Assembly: GCA_030619885.1 (NCBI GenBank)
Contig: JAUXAN010000001.1
Span: 11,474-75,473, forward strand
DNA length: 64,000 bases
Source of the DNA: a bacterium
Lineage (GTDB): Bacteria; Hydrothermota; DG-26; JAUXAN01
Reading direction: 5' to 3'
Below, one piece after another: positions 10,361 through 20,621 of the stretch (positions are counted from its first letter, which is position 1; every line of letters starts with the position of its first letter). Position numbers and translations under genes: made by a program. A model generated the notes under the pieces. That model saw only the letters and a list, made by a program, of their open reading frames with translations, did no database searches and had not been told where the DNA came from.

Positions 10361-11818
10361 ATGGCAGAAGTTTGGAGTGGTCGTTTAGAAAAGATTGGCG
10401 ATTGTAAATGGCTGCTGCCCAAGTCCTATAAATCTGGAATGAGGACAGATGGTCTCATCTTTGCCGATGAGGAGATGTTAAAACAAATTTGCAGCGACCG
10501 GGCGCCAGAGCAGGTTGCCAATGTTGCCTGCTTACCGGGTATAGTCGGAAGATCGATGGCGATGCCCGACATACATTGGGGATACGGTTTTTGCATAGGT
10601 GGTGTTGCTGGTTTCGATGTGAAAAATGGGATAGTATCACCAGGTGGAGTAGGATATGATATTAACTGTGGGGTGAGAATGTTGCGCACCGACTTGAGAT
10701 TAAAGGATATAGAGAATAAACTTTCTGAACTGATAAATGCCCTTTATGAGAATATTCCATGCGGTATTGGTTCAAAGGGAAAATTGAGATTTTCAGAGCA
10801 CGAGATCAGGGAGGTGTTGGTTGAAGGTGCACGCTGGGCACAGAAAAAGGGGCTTGGATGGAAAGAAGACATTCTCCATACGGAAGAAGAGGGAAGATTG
10901 GAAGGTGCTGACCCTGATAGGGTGAGTCGAAGGGCGATGGAGAGGGGGAGACCTCAACTCGGCTCTTTGGGTGCAGGTAACCATTTCTTGGAGATACAAA
11001 TCGTTGAAGAGATATACGAGAAAGAGGCTGCAAACATTTTGGGACTCGAGTCCGGGCAAATCACCGTTATGATTCATACAGGTTCAAGAGGGCTCGGCTA
11101 TCAGGTATGTGATGATTGGGTGAAGAGTCTGGTGAATGCATTGAGAAAATACCATATTGATGTCCCGGATAGGCAGCTTGCATGTGCACCGATAGACTCA
11201 AAAGAAGGTAAAGATTACTTCGCTGCTATGGCATGTGCTGCGAATTATGCATGGACGAATCGCCAGTTTATCGTCCACTGGGTGCGAGAGAGTTTCGAGC
11301 GCGTTCTGAAAAAAAGTGCGGAAACGCTCGGTATGAGACAGATTTATGATGTTGCACATAATATCGCCAAGTTTGAAGAACATACAGTAGACGGCAAAAA
11401 ATTGAAATTATGTATACACAGAAAAGGCGCTACGAGGGCATTTGGACCCGGCAGTCCATATATACCAGAAGATTACAGGTCTGTAGGTCAGCCTGTCTTG
11501 ATTCCTGGAGATATGGGGACAAACTCATATATCTTGCTCGGAACCGATAAGGCGATGTCAGAGACCTTTGGCTCTACCTGTCACGGTGCAGGTAGGGTGA
11601 TGTCGAGGCATAAGGCAATTAGTGTTACCGCTGGCAGGTACATAAAGGATGAACTGAAAGAAAAAGGCATACTCGTTAGGGCGAAGGAGGTAAAGACACT
11701 GAGAGAAGAGATGCCAGATGCCTACAAGGATGTGAACAAGGTCGTTGATATAGTGGATAGAGCAGGCATTTCAAAAAAGGTTGCAAAGCTAAGACCTGTG
11801 GGTGTTGTAAAGGGATGA
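10361..11818 (+). CDS. rtcB: RNA-splicing ligase RtcB
   Basis: RtcB motifs are present: GVGYDINCGVRM, GAGNHFLEIQ, HNIAKFE and STCHGAGRVMSR. An AGGGGGAAG Shine-Dalgarno site lies upstream. Confidence 0.9.
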   Translation: MAEVWSGRLEKIGDCKWLLPKSYKSGMRTDGLIFADEEMLKQICSDRAPEQVANVACLPGIVGRSMAMPDIHWGYGFCIGGVAGFDVKNGIVSPGGVGYDINCGVRMLRTDLRLKDIENKLSELINALYENIPCGIGSKGKLRFSEHEIREVLVEGARWAQKKGLGWKEDILHTEEEGRLEGADPDRVSRRAMERGRPQLGSLGAGNHFLEIQIVEEIYEKEAANILGLESGQITVMIHTGSRGLGYQVCDDWVKSLVNALRKYHIDVPDRQLACAPIDSKEGKDYFAAMACAANYAWTNRQFIVHWVRESFERVLKKSAETLGMRQIYDVAHNIAKFEEHTVDGKKLKLCIHRKGATRAFGPGSPYIPEDYRSVGQPVLIPGDMGTNSYILLGTDKAMSETFGSTCHGAGRVMSRHKAISVTAGRYIKDELKEKGILVRAKEVKTLREEMPDAYKDVNKVVDIVDRAGISKKVAKLRPVGVVKG

Positions 11819-11901
11819 ACTATTAATTAAGTAACTATTCAGCCTACGAAATGCATGAAAGAAACAGACGAAAGGGAACAAAATCTGTATAAAAGAAGAA
11901 A

Positions 11902-11932
11902 TTTTCGTGATCTTTCGTGTTTTTCGTGGGTT
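11902..11932. repeat. triplicated TTTCGTG motif (copy of a short repeat also found at 45252-45290)
   Basis: ATTTTCGTGATCTTTCGTGTTTTTCGTGGGTTT is compared with GTGTTTTTCGTATGTTTTCGTGGGCTG at 45258-45284. Confidence 0.5.
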
Positions 11933-12366
11933 TATTTCTGTTTTAATATTCTCGCTGCCAGGAGTGCACCATTGTATGCACCGCCCTTCCCAATCCCCAT
12001 CGTTGCAACGGGAATACCCTTGGGCAGTTCTGCTATGGAGAGAATCGAATCTATTCCCTTCAATGGTGAACTTGGTATAGGTACTCCTATCACTGGCAAG
12101 TCTGTAAGTGATGCGATGAAACCTGGAAGTGCCGCTGCATAACCTGCACCTGCAACTATGACCTTTATTCCCCTCTTTTTTGCATTCATCGCATACTCCC
12201 TTGTCTTCTCAAAGTCTCTATGGCAGGAGGTGACGACCACTTCGTAGGGGATCTTCAATTGGGTTAGCAATTTGGTGCACTCACCCATCACATCTTCATC
12301 CGTCTTACTTCCCATTACAATAGAGACTACTGGTAGAGGTTCGTTCTTTTTTGGTTTTTTTAACAT
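11932..12366 (-). CDS. purE: N5-carboxyaminoimidazole ribonucleotide mutase
   Basis: The PurE fold motifs IVMGSKTD and VIVAGAGYAAALPGFIASLTDLPVIGVP are present. Confidence 0.9.
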   Translation of the reverse strand: MLKKPKKNEPLPVVSIVMGSKTDEDVMGECTKLLTQLKIPYEVVVTSCHRDFEKTREYAMNAKKRGIKVIVAGAGYAAALPGFIASLTDLPVIGVPIPSSPLKGIDSILSIAELPKGIPVATMGIGKGGAYNGALLAARILKQK

Positions 12367-12556
12367 ACCAGTTCTATTTTAATTTAAAATTTTGATGTGT
12401 CAAGAGAAAAATTGCAACCACAGAAATCTGAAAGGCTGAACCCAAATTCTGACCCTTGTTCGGTAAGTCTTTCTTTGAGAACTTTCCTGGAGTTTATCTC
12501 ATCATAAACTATCAGGATGGTGTTGGGCATGGTATCCTCACTCTCATCGTTGTTCC

Positions 12557-15500
12557 TTACCCAACTTTACTCTCTGCCTCTATATCCCATTCATGCAGGT
12601 CTAAAATTCTTTTCGCTACCGCAAGCCCGAGCCCTACCCTTTTCAATCGTGTAGTGAAGAAAGGAGAAAATATTTTTGCAATGTTTTCTTCTGCAATTCC
12701 ATCTCCTGTATCTGTTATATCCACAACTATATCTCCATCCGAGTTAATATCTGTAGTAATCGTCAGTGTTCCACTGTTCTTCATCGCCTGAACACTGTTC
12801 TCTATCAGCTTCGCGAAAACATCGCCAATCTTTTCTTTGTCATAGACGAAATCTTTTATCTGTGGATTGAATTTTTTCACTACCCTCACCCTATTTTTCT
12901 CAATACCCCTTACGCAGATATTCAACGCATGAACGATCGTTTTATGGAAAGAAGAGATTGAAAGATCCAGTTTCATAGGATGGGTGAAAGTGAGAAGCTC
13001 CTCGATCAAACCCGAAACCCGCGTTGACTCCTCTATAAGGGTATCCGCTATCTCTTTCGCTTTCTTATTCTTTTTAAATTTGAAGGCGAGCAGTTCGGTT
13101 GAACCGATTATTCCGGAGAGTACATTTTGTAACTCATGGGCGAAGGTAGATGCCGTCTTACCAACAGCGGCAAGCTTCTCCCTTTCTAATAATTGTTGCT
13201 CCAGTTTTCTCACTGCTGAAAGGTCTCTGAACATAACTATATATTCCTTCTCTCCCTTTTCGTCACTAACCGTTGCCGTCGAATAACCGATAGGAATCTT
13301 TGTCCCATCCTTCTTTGGGAGTTCTATCTCTTCCCCCGTAATCTTCCTTTCAAACAATAATTGATCTATCAATACCTCCTTCACATCGAGTCCAAACACC
13401 TCTTCAATATCCTTACCAACCACTTCTTTCTCTCTGTAGCCTGTAATAGCCTCAGCGGTCTTATTGAAAACGGAGATCTCGCCGTCTTCGGTGGTTGATA
13501 AGAGTCCTGTTGGCATATGCTGGATGATGGTCTCTTGATGCTGGTGGAGGAGTTGGAGTGCTTTATTTCGAGCCACCAAGTCTGCGGTTGCCTCATTCAC
13601 CATCGTCTCTAAATGCAATGCGGTATCTCTGATTTGCTCATATAATAGTGCATTCTTCATAGCGATTGCCAGTTGATCTGCAATCGTCTCCATAGTTACC
13701 CTATCCTCTTCAGTAAAACTATTTGGCTGGGGATTCCCTACATCTAAAATAGCCTCAACCCTGCCGTCAATTTTTATTGGAACGGTCAGCTCTGAAAGCG
13801 CTTCTGCACCGGTGACTTCGAGATATCTCGGTTCCAACCTCGTATCATTCACTAAAGAAGATTTCCCCTCTCTGTATACCCATCCAACTATTCCATCTGA
13901 GAATTTCTGTCTGTATCCTTTCTCGAGTGAGTAAGGTCGCTTCCCTACATTGGCGACTACCACCAATTCCTTCCGTTCAAAGTTTGGTATGAGGATCTCT
14001 GCATATCCATAACCAAATCTTTTCTGAATAATCTCTACACTCTTAGAGAATAACTTATCGATGTCCAGCATTGCGAGTACATCTCTGCCAACCTCATTTA
14101 TCATAGCAAGTCTTTCTGCCCTTTCCCTAACCTTGCTTAATAGATTCGCATTCTCGTATGCAACGGCAAACTCCTTCGCAATGAGTTCGGCTAAATAGAG
14201 ATCTTCAGAAGAAAAACCATCTTTTCTTCGAGCACCTATATCTAACACACCCAACAACTTCTCAGCCGTTTTTACAGGAACAGCCATCTCGGCACCTACA
14301 TTTTTTATCCCTTCCACATATCTGGCGTCTTTATTTATATCGTTTACGAAGACAGATTTCCCAGTTTCGGCAGCACTTCCGACGAGCCCTTTACCTACTT
14401 CAATTTTGAGATTAACAGGCTCAACCCCTTCTGCTCCTGTATAACCTTTCATCACCAATTCAGAGTCCTCCAGTTCAAAAAATCCTACATAATAGTAATC
14501 CAGATAGACCTTGGTCGTCTCCACAAACTTCTCTACCAGTTTTTTCCTGTCTTCTGTCTGTGTGATCAAGAGCCCTGAAGTGTATGCGGCAGATAGGGAA
14601 ACTATCCTCTGCTGATTCTTTTTGAACAGCTCCGCATTCTCAATCGCAATAGCGAGTGGACCGGCAAGCCCTGAAAGGAAGTCAATATCCTCCTCTGTGA
14701 AGGCATCCAAAATTTTATTTTCAACATTTATCGCACCAATCACTTCAGTTTTTGTGATGAGAGGGACGATCATTTCAGAGCGTGTATGAAAAGGGCCTGC
14801 TATATACCCTTTCTCTTTTCTCGTGTCGGGAATGAGCATGGGCTTTCCAGTTCTTATAACCTTTCCCACTGCCCCATCTGAGATCTTAAATCTCGAATTT
14901 ACCCATCCGGAGTGTTCGTCAGGATAGTATCCTGGAGATACATACCACTCATCAGTCTTTCTGTCAAAGAGTATGATACCACATGTATGGTATCCCATAG
15001 TCTGTGCCAGGTCATAGACAGTAGACTTCAAAAGGTCGTTTAATTCTATCGTCGAAACTATGTCTTTACTCAGTTTATACTGAATTGAGAGTTGGGTAGC
15101 CTCTTTCTTAATCTGGCTGAATAGTTGCGCATTCTGGATTGCCACAGACCCCTGATTTGCAAATAGCTCAAGTAGCTTTACCTCACTCTCATCTGGGATA
15201 TTTCCATTTATGGGTGAATCTACCTGAATCATCCCCACCAATTTGCCATCCTTTCTCTTGAGTGGCACTACGAGGGTATCTTCAGGATGCCATCTACCCT
15301 TAGCTTCAATCTTTTCAACAGGAGGAATATGGGCTTTGCCCTCCTTCTTCGATTTCTCCCATAGTTTGTACTTGTGCGAGATGAAAAAGGAGTTGCTTAT
15401 TTTGAATTCATCTCGCATAAGGCTCTTCATCTTGGCAAGAGATGTCTCTTTTGAAGACAACTTTTTGGCAACATCCTCTGAAACGCCAGAAAACCCTTTC

Positions 15501-16744
15501 AGTCGAAAAGTTTTTCCATCCACCAGACCAACAGCAACAACGCCAAAGCCTAGGCTCTTACTCACAGAAGAAGCGATTGTATTCAAGATCTCGTCTATAT
15601 TTATATCGGAAACGATGGTATTTCCAACCTTCACCATCTCTTCAAGCAAATTTGCTTTTTCTTCTATCACCTTCCCTTGGTGCAAAATCTGTTCCAAATA
15701 TCTTGCATTCTCCATGGCGATAGCCGCCTGCTCAGATAAGGCAACAAGAAAATCTCTGTCTTCCTCACTGAATCCGTCCAATCTTTCTGATTCGAGATTT
15801 ATCACACCCAATACATCTTCCTTACCCTTCACAGGCACACAGAGTTCTGATCTTGTCTCTTTTCTTCTAATAAGATACCTACTATCTTTCGTAACATCAG
15901 GGACGAGAATAGGTTTTCCCGTTCGCACCGTCGCACCAACTATTCCTTTTGTAATCGATAACCCTTTTCTTTCGAGTCTGTCCACATCATTCAATCTACT
16001 CCCCTGGTAGGAGTGTAAAAACAGTCTCTTCTTCTCTTTATCATACCTTAGAAAGGCTGATGATACAGTACCGGGAACCATCGAATGGGTGGTGGAGAGG
16101 GTGAATCTTATGACCCTCTCGATGTCGAATGTGGTGGTGAACTGTTTTGTAATGTTGGTTAAGGATGCAAGCCTCCAGTCGACTGTCATAATCTTTCTCT
16201 TCAACTTTTCGGTTCCCCGAAATATGAGATGCACTATATTGAAAGTGATGAAAAAGAAGGCAATCCGTAAGCAGAGCGGGAATACAGTATCTGAAGAAAA
16301 GCCATTTTGAAACCCCACGATTAAAAGATATAACACAGCAGCCAAGAAGGTGACCAAGAGGCATCCTTTATATTTTCTGTAGACACTATTAAATGCGATG
16401 ACTACTAAATAGAGCAAGAAGAAATCGGATTCGATGCCACCCAGGGAATAGACGAATATAGAGATGAGGCAGAGATCGAAGCCATTGTCTACAGATAGAG
16501 GAAAATCGAAGAATAACTTATAGGTGTTGCCCCTGATGAGACCGTATCTGAGCAAAATGTGTGTGATGATATTGTATCCTGCCATTATGGCAAAGAGGGT
16601 ATAGATAATATTGAGATTGGCTATCTCTGTCCGTTTAAGAAGAATCAATCCAAAACAGACCGTCCAGGTCATCCACCTTATGTAAATAGCGGTTATCCTG
16701 TTGGGGTCTATCTGGCTTTTTCTCATAATCTTTAATTCAGACAC
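12557..16744 (-). CDS. multidomain sensor histidine kinase (N-terminal multi-TM sensor, at least 4 GAF domains, PAS, HisKA, HATPase_c)
   Basis: It is 1395 aa. There are about 6 N-terminal TM helices and repeated GAF signatures (GIVGATVRTGKPILVPDV; GAVGKVIRTGKPMLIPDT; GLVGSAAETGKSVFVNDI; GIVGWVYREGKSSLVNDT). The H-box is FAHELQNVLSGIIG, and the C-terminus has the G-boxes of an ATPase. Confidence 0.85.
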   Translation of the reverse strand: MSELKIMRKSQIDPNRITAIYIRWMTWTVCFGLILLKRTEIANLNIIYTLFAIMAGYNIITHILLRYGLIRGNTYKLFFDFPLSVDNGFDLCLISIFVYSLGGIESDFFLLYLVVIAFNSVYRKYKGCLLVTFLAAVLYLLIVGFQNGFSSDTVFPLCLRIAFFFITFNIVHLIFRGTEKLKRKIMTVDWRLASLTNITKQFTTTFDIERVIRFTLSTTHSMVPGTVSSAFLRYDKEKKRLFLHSYQGSRLNDVDRLERKGLSITKGIVGATVRTGKPILVPDVTKDSRYLIRRKETRSELCVPVKGKEDVLGVINLESERLDGFSEEDRDFLVALSEQAAIAMENARYLEQILHQGKVIEEKANLLEEMVKVGNTIVSDINIDEILNTIASSVSKSLGFGVVAVGLVDGKTFRLKGFSGVSEDVAKKLSSKETSLAKMKSLMRDEFKISNSFFISHKYKLWEKSKKEGKAHIPPVEKIEAKGRWHPEDTLVVPLKRKDGKLVGMIQVDSPINGNIPDESEVKLLELFANQGSVAIQNAQLFSQIKKEATQLSIQYKLSKDIVSTIELNDLLKSTVYDLAQTMGYHTCGIILFDRKTDEWYVSPGYYPDEHSGWVNSRFKISDGAVGKVIRTGKPMLIPDTRKEKGYIAGPFHTRSEMIVPLITKTEVIGAINVENKILDAFTEEDIDFLSGLAGPLAIAIENAELFKKNQQRIVSLSAAYTSGLLITQTEDRKKLVEKFVETTKVYLDYYYVGFFELEDSELVMKGYTGAEGVEPVNLKIEVGKGLVGSAAETGKSVFVNDINKDARYVEGIKNVGAEMAVPVKTAEKLLGVLDIGARRKDGFSSEDLYLAELIAKEFAVAYENANLLSKVRERAERLAMINEVGRDVLAMLDIDKLFSKSVEIIQKRFGYGYAEILIPNFERKELVVVANVGKRPYSLEKGYRQKFSDGIVGWVYREGKSSLVNDTRLEPRYLEVTGAEALSELTVPIKIDGRVEAILDVGNPQPNSFTEEDRVTMETIADQLAIAMKNALLYEQIRDTALHLETMVNEATADLVARNKALQLLHQHQETIIQHMPTGLLSTTEDGEISVFNKTAEAITGYREKEVVGKDIEEVFGLDVKEVLIDQLLFERKITGEEIELPKKDGTKIPIGYSTATVSDEKGEKEYIVMFRDLSAVRKLEQQLLEREKLAAVGKTASTFAHELQNVLSGIIGSTELLAFKFKKNKKAKEIADTLIEESTRVSGLIEELLTFTHPMKLDLSISSFHKTIVHALNICVRGIEKNRVRVVKKFNPQIKDFVYDKEKIGDVFAKLIENSVQAMKNSGTLTITTDINSDGDIVVDITDTGDGIAEENIAKIFSPFFTTRLKRVGLGLAVAKRILDLHEWDIEAESKVG

Positions 16745-16928
16745 TGATTATTATCTCAGGATTCGTTGCGCAGCATCCCATACGGGTCTGCGACCGTATG
16801 GAATGGACAGATATTCACTGATCGAATATTCCCTTTTTATCTGCTCCTATTATCTTTTCCGTAATGTCGCTATGTTTATAATCTGTGCTCATCTATGTTA
16901 ATCAGTGTCTACTATCTGAATCATAGTT
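16734..16928 (+). repeat. intergenic repeat family Rep-A, copy 2 (full-length, forward)
   Basis: It fills the gap between two minus-strand genes. It shares head AATTCAGACACTGATTA, the palindromic core and tail CTACTATCTGAATCATAG with the other copies. Confidence 0.8.
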
Positions 16929-16936
16929 TCATAATG

Positions 16937-19747
16937 TTATTCGAGTACTATTCTATACTTTCCGAGCACGAACTCGTCAATCTCATCTGCCATACGAGTG
17001 CGAAGCATCGCTCTTATCTCTTCAGTTCCAAGTCTGCCGAGCGCTTCAACCGCATAACCTCTTAATAGCTTATCTTCGCTATCAAGAAATGGGAGAATCG
17101 CCTTTTTTATCCTTATCCTCTCTACCCTTGCGTCTTTCAGTTTTTCGCCAATCCTACCGAGTGCGCTTAAAAGATGCGGTTTAGACTTTACATTCTTCTT
17201 CTCCAAAGCATTGAGGAGGTTTGAAAGACTTTGGGCTGAAAATTCTACGATTGCCCATTCTGCCGCTGCCCTGACAGAAAAGTAGCTATCTTTCAGACCA
17301 TTGATTAGGTAGGGGATCGCTTGCTCATCCTTAATTCTTCCAAGTGCTTCACAGGCAGCGACCCTGTTTCTTTCAACTTTGTCTTTCAGATATGGGATGA
17401 TTTTAGGGACAGCGGCTCTGTTTCCAATCTTACCGAGTGCAAGGATTATCGTTCTTTTCAATGATTCGTTCTCTTTTCTTTCAAGGGCACAGATGAGAGA
17501 ATCTGTCGCATCTTTCTGTTCTATCTCACCCAACAGCCATATTGCATTCGCTCTCGCTTCTTTCCGTTCATCCCTCAATGTGCGTAAAAGGTATGGACTC
17601 ATCGAGTCTGGAAGTGACTTGGCCAGTTCTTTTATAGCACGCAATTCGAGTCCACTCTCCGTATCAATCTTTTCGTTGAAGATATATCTAACCGCTACCA
17701 TACCCAACTCTTTTAATCTCTCTCTCGCTATCCTCACCTTCTTTCTATTCTCACCCACCTCCCATAGAGATGCGGTTTCGAAGATTTCTCTGACCGTAAT
17801 GCCTACAGTCGTATCACCTTCTACAATATCTTCAATTTCTTCAGTTTTCAAATCAATCCCCACGCCGAAAGTTCCCTGTGTCCACACTCCGCTATTCTCT
17901 GCAGGACTTCTCTTCCCATAAGTATCTTCTCCGCCGAGGTCTAAGAAGATTCCAATCCCACCAAAATGTCTTTTCCAGTTTCCATCACCCTGACCGAGTG
18001 TTTCAGAGGTTATGTAGATATCATCGCCTTGTGAGTCTATGAAGATACCACAAGAGTTGGTAAGACCTATCCCTTGCCCTCCGCTGACACAGTAGGAATC
18101 ATCTCCACTTTTATCTATGAGCCATCCTACAGAGAGATCGTGCCCTTCACCCTGTGATGGTCCAAATCTTGAGAAGTAGTGGTCGTTACCGCTACGGTCG
18201 ATGAGGATACCAACAGACAGATGTATACCAGCACCCTGTGCATATTCGGCTGCATTGTAATAATCGTTCCCCCCACCGTCGTATAAAGCTCCAAAAGAGT
18301 ACCAGTAACTCGTCCCCTGCCCATATACCTCTGCATTGTAGAAATCATTCCCGTCTCTATCGTATAGAAAACCAATACCACCACCACCATCTGGACGGGC
18401 CCCAATACCGAAACCCTGGGCAAAACTTCTGTAGTCTTCTGGCAAAAGCGGGTTATGGGTATATCTCCCACCTGCATAGTAGCTATCGTTACCACCAAAA
18501 TCACAGAGGAGTCCATATCCAAAAGTCGCACCCATCCCCTGCGCATAATTAAATGATTTGTATGTATCATTTCCTTCTCTATCTAAAAGCATGGCAAGAC
18601 CGAAATTTGCAGAACCCTGAATAAAATAGCCACCACTGTAAAAGTCATTTCCATCTCCATCGATAAGAACCCCTGTTCCAAACAGGGTAGACCCAAGAGA
18701 ATAGTGTGAACTTTTATAAATATCGTCGCCTTTTTCATCGATGAGGATTCCAACACCGAAGATGGAGCTACCGAAATTAAAAATCTTATCCGATCTATAA
18801 AGGTCATCGCCATCAAAATCTATGACGACGGAAAATGGGAAGCTGAGTATACCAACTCCTCCTCCAACCCTTTTATTGTAAACATCGTTGCCGCCAAAAT
18901 CAATGATTATACTGTAGTTATCTTCATATACATCATCTCCACACCCTCCGACTGCTACCTTACCCCACTTCGTATCACATACCCAGACACCATCCATCTC
19001 ATTAAGACCCGACTCCAAGCATTCTTTTGCTAATTGAACCCCCAAAGAGACGGAGATCCCAGATAATGCGAGTGATCTTCTATCAACTCTTTTAGCATAC
19101 TCTAAAATAGTGTCGTTATCCACTTCCATTGAGGTATCAACTTCGGCTCCGAACTCTCTGTGTAACTCGCCTTTGAGCCAGTTGTCTGTAGAATCGTCCT
19201 TATCACCCCACAAAACAGGTGCAACGAGTAGAATTTTATCTATCTCTTCTTCTGTAAGATATTCAGTCGCCTTCTTCAAATATTCATCAGCAACATCGAA
19301 GGAAGTAAGAATGTATGAAAGTGAAAGTGAAATATCTTCGGGTAACTTTCTAATGTCTTCCTTCAGTAGGGACCCGTACGGGTTCCCTACCTTTATTCTA
19401 TTTCTAATCTTCGACACTTCTTTTGGACTAATTTTCACATCGATCTGTTCTGCCTCAAACAAAAGCAGAGAAGGCATATCGGTTCGGAGAGATTCAACGA
19501 GTGCTGCGCAGGAGTCAATATATCTGGGGCAGCGCAGAGGATTATTCAAAAGGTCATCCACCACATTCAGTCTAAAGATACTATCTTCCTTCCATTTCTT
19601 TTCAAAGCTCAAATCAAGTTCGCTCATATTCATCATTTTGAGTGCAGAATGTAAATATTCGCTTTCTTTTGGACCAAAGGATGGTTCAGCCATTGCACAG
19701 CATCCTGCGGAAAAAACAGAAAATAAAATCACCACATACACATTCAT
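16937..19747 (-). CDS. secreted protein with about 12 tandem ~27-aa 'FG-x-G-(I/L)L-(I/L)D-x-x-GND-x-Y' repeats and C-terminal PBS-lyase/HEAT-like repeats
   Basis: An N-terminal signal peptide is present (MNVYVVILFSVFSAGCCAMA). The middle has periodic repeats (GGNDVYN, GDDLYRS, GDDIYKSS, GNDFYSGG, GNDTYKSF, GGNDSYYAGG, GNDFYNAE, GGNDYYNAAEYAQG, GNDHYFSR, GDDSYCVSGGQG, GDDIYITSE, GEDTYGK). The C-terminus carries HEAT_2-like repeats (LLGEIEQKDATDSLICALE...ALGKIGNRAAVPKIIPYL...). Confidence 0.7.
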   Translation of the reverse strand: MNVYVVILFSVFSAGCCAMAEPSFGPKESEYLHSALKMMNMSELDLSFEKKWKEDSIFRLNVVDDLLNNPLRCPRYIDSCAALVESLRTDMPSLLLFEAEQIDVKISPKEVSKIRNRIKVGNPYGSLLKEDIRKLPEDISLSLSYILTSFDVADEYLKKATEYLTEEEIDKILLVAPVLWGDKDDSTDNWLKGELHREFGAEVDTSMEVDNDTILEYAKRVDRRSLALSGISVSLGVQLAKECLESGLNEMDGVWVCDTKWGKVAVGGCGDDVYEDNYSIIIDFGGNDVYNKRVGGGVGILSFPFSVVIDFDGDDLYRSDKIFNFGSSIFGVGILIDEKGDDIYKSSHYSLGSTLFGTGVLIDGDGNDFYSGGYFIQGSANFGLAMLLDREGNDTYKSFNYAQGMGATFGYGLLCDFGGNDSYYAGGRYTHNPLLPEDYRSFAQGFGIGARPDGGGGIGFLYDRDGNDFYNAEVYGQGTSYWYSFGALYDGGGNDYYNAAEYAQGAGIHLSVGILIDRSGNDHYFSRFGPSQGEGHDLSVGWLIDKSGDDSYCVSGGQGIGLTNSCGIFIDSQGDDIYITSETLGQGDGNWKRHFGGIGIFLDLGGEDTYGKRSPAENSGVWTQGTFGVGIDLKTEEIEDIVEGDTTVGITVREIFETASLWEVGENRKKVRIARERLKELGMVAVRYIFNEKIDTESGLELRAIKELAKSLPDSMSPYLLRTLRDERKEARANAIWLLGEIEQKDATDSLICALERKENESLKRTIILALGKIGNRAAVPKIIPYLKDKVERNRVAACEALGRIKDEQAIPYLINGLKDSYFSVRAAAEWAIVEFSAQSLSNLLNALEKKNVKSKPHLLSALGRIGEKLKDARVERIRIKKAILPFLDSEDKLLRGYAVEALGRLGTEEIRAMLRTRMADEIDEFVLGKYRIVLE

Positions 19748-19981
19748 CTATGCTTTACATTGTATCAAAAAAATGATTATAGTCAAGCAAAAATTAATCA
19801 CAGAGGACACAGATTACCTTCTCACCAAATACCTCGTCTTCCTTGACCAAAACTTGTGTAATTGATACAATGGAAAACGGAGGAGAGAATTGGGAAGAGG
19901 ATGGATTGGAGAGAAAAAAAAAGTATTTTCGTATCAAGCATCTTAAAATCAATTATTAGTTAGCTGAGTTGTCACATTCTA

Positions 19982-20612
19982 TCATTGGACAGTAGGTTTT
20001 TTACGAATTACTGAATTTGTTTCATCAATTTCGAGATCTTCAAAAACTGTAGGAGCATGTTTCTTTAATATTTCGAGAATCTCTATTGCAATTTTCCGAA
20101 TTTCCCACTGTGCTTCAGGACTGCCTCGGAGCTCAGCAATATGACGCCATTCCCTGAAATTTGCAGTGACAACGATTTCGCTTTCAACTGCATTAGGCAG
20201 AACAAATCTTGCGTCTTGATTCTCAATTCCTAATCTTTGAAGCTCATGATAGGTTTTTTTTGAAATGCTCAATAAGATTGAGAAACATCTTATGTGCTTG
20301 TTTATTTCCTTTAATTGAGTCAGGTTCAACATACTCAAAATTGCTTTCATTAACGTACCGCTGAGACTGCTGAGTGTAGGAACAAAGTCTGTGTCTGACC
20401 AATTGATGTGTGAATGCTCTTGAGCCTCCTTTAATCCTAAAAGTTGCATAGGCATGTTCTAAGACGTAAAGGTGTCCACTTTTGATAAGCATTTTTATAA
20501 ATTTCTTTTCACTGCCTTTCTTCTGTTTTTCAAATGATAAATAAGCAGTCCTGCCAACATTTTCTATCAATTTTTCTGCATTTGGGGTAATAGAAAGCAA
20601 CTCTACTTTCAT
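19982..20612 (-). pseudogene. thyX: flavin-dependent thymidylate synthase ThyX, interrupted by a 1-nt frameshift in an A8 homopolymer (20254-20261)
   Basis: The N-terminal frame (20244..20612) carries the ThyX signature LVRHRLCSYTQQSQRY. The C-terminal frame (19982..20455) continues YHELQRLGIENQDARFVLPNA...AQWEIRKIA. The two frames switch at the T8/A8 run. Confidence 0.8.
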
Positions 20613-20621
20613 TTTAAAATC

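Noticed and set aside
12456-12791. 111-aa + strand ORF at the 3' end of the kinase gene
   Set aside because: It overlaps the kinase C-terminal HATPase coding region on the opposite strand and has no supporting motif.
15243-16010. 255-aa ORF antisense to the histidine kinase gene
   Set aside because: It is a Ser/Leu-rich, low-complexity translation with no start context, lying entirely within a well-supported 1395-aa CDS on the other strand.
19110-19865. 251-aa ORF on + strand
   Set aside because: It is antisense to the 936-aa secreted repeat protein gene, Ser-rich, with no motifs.
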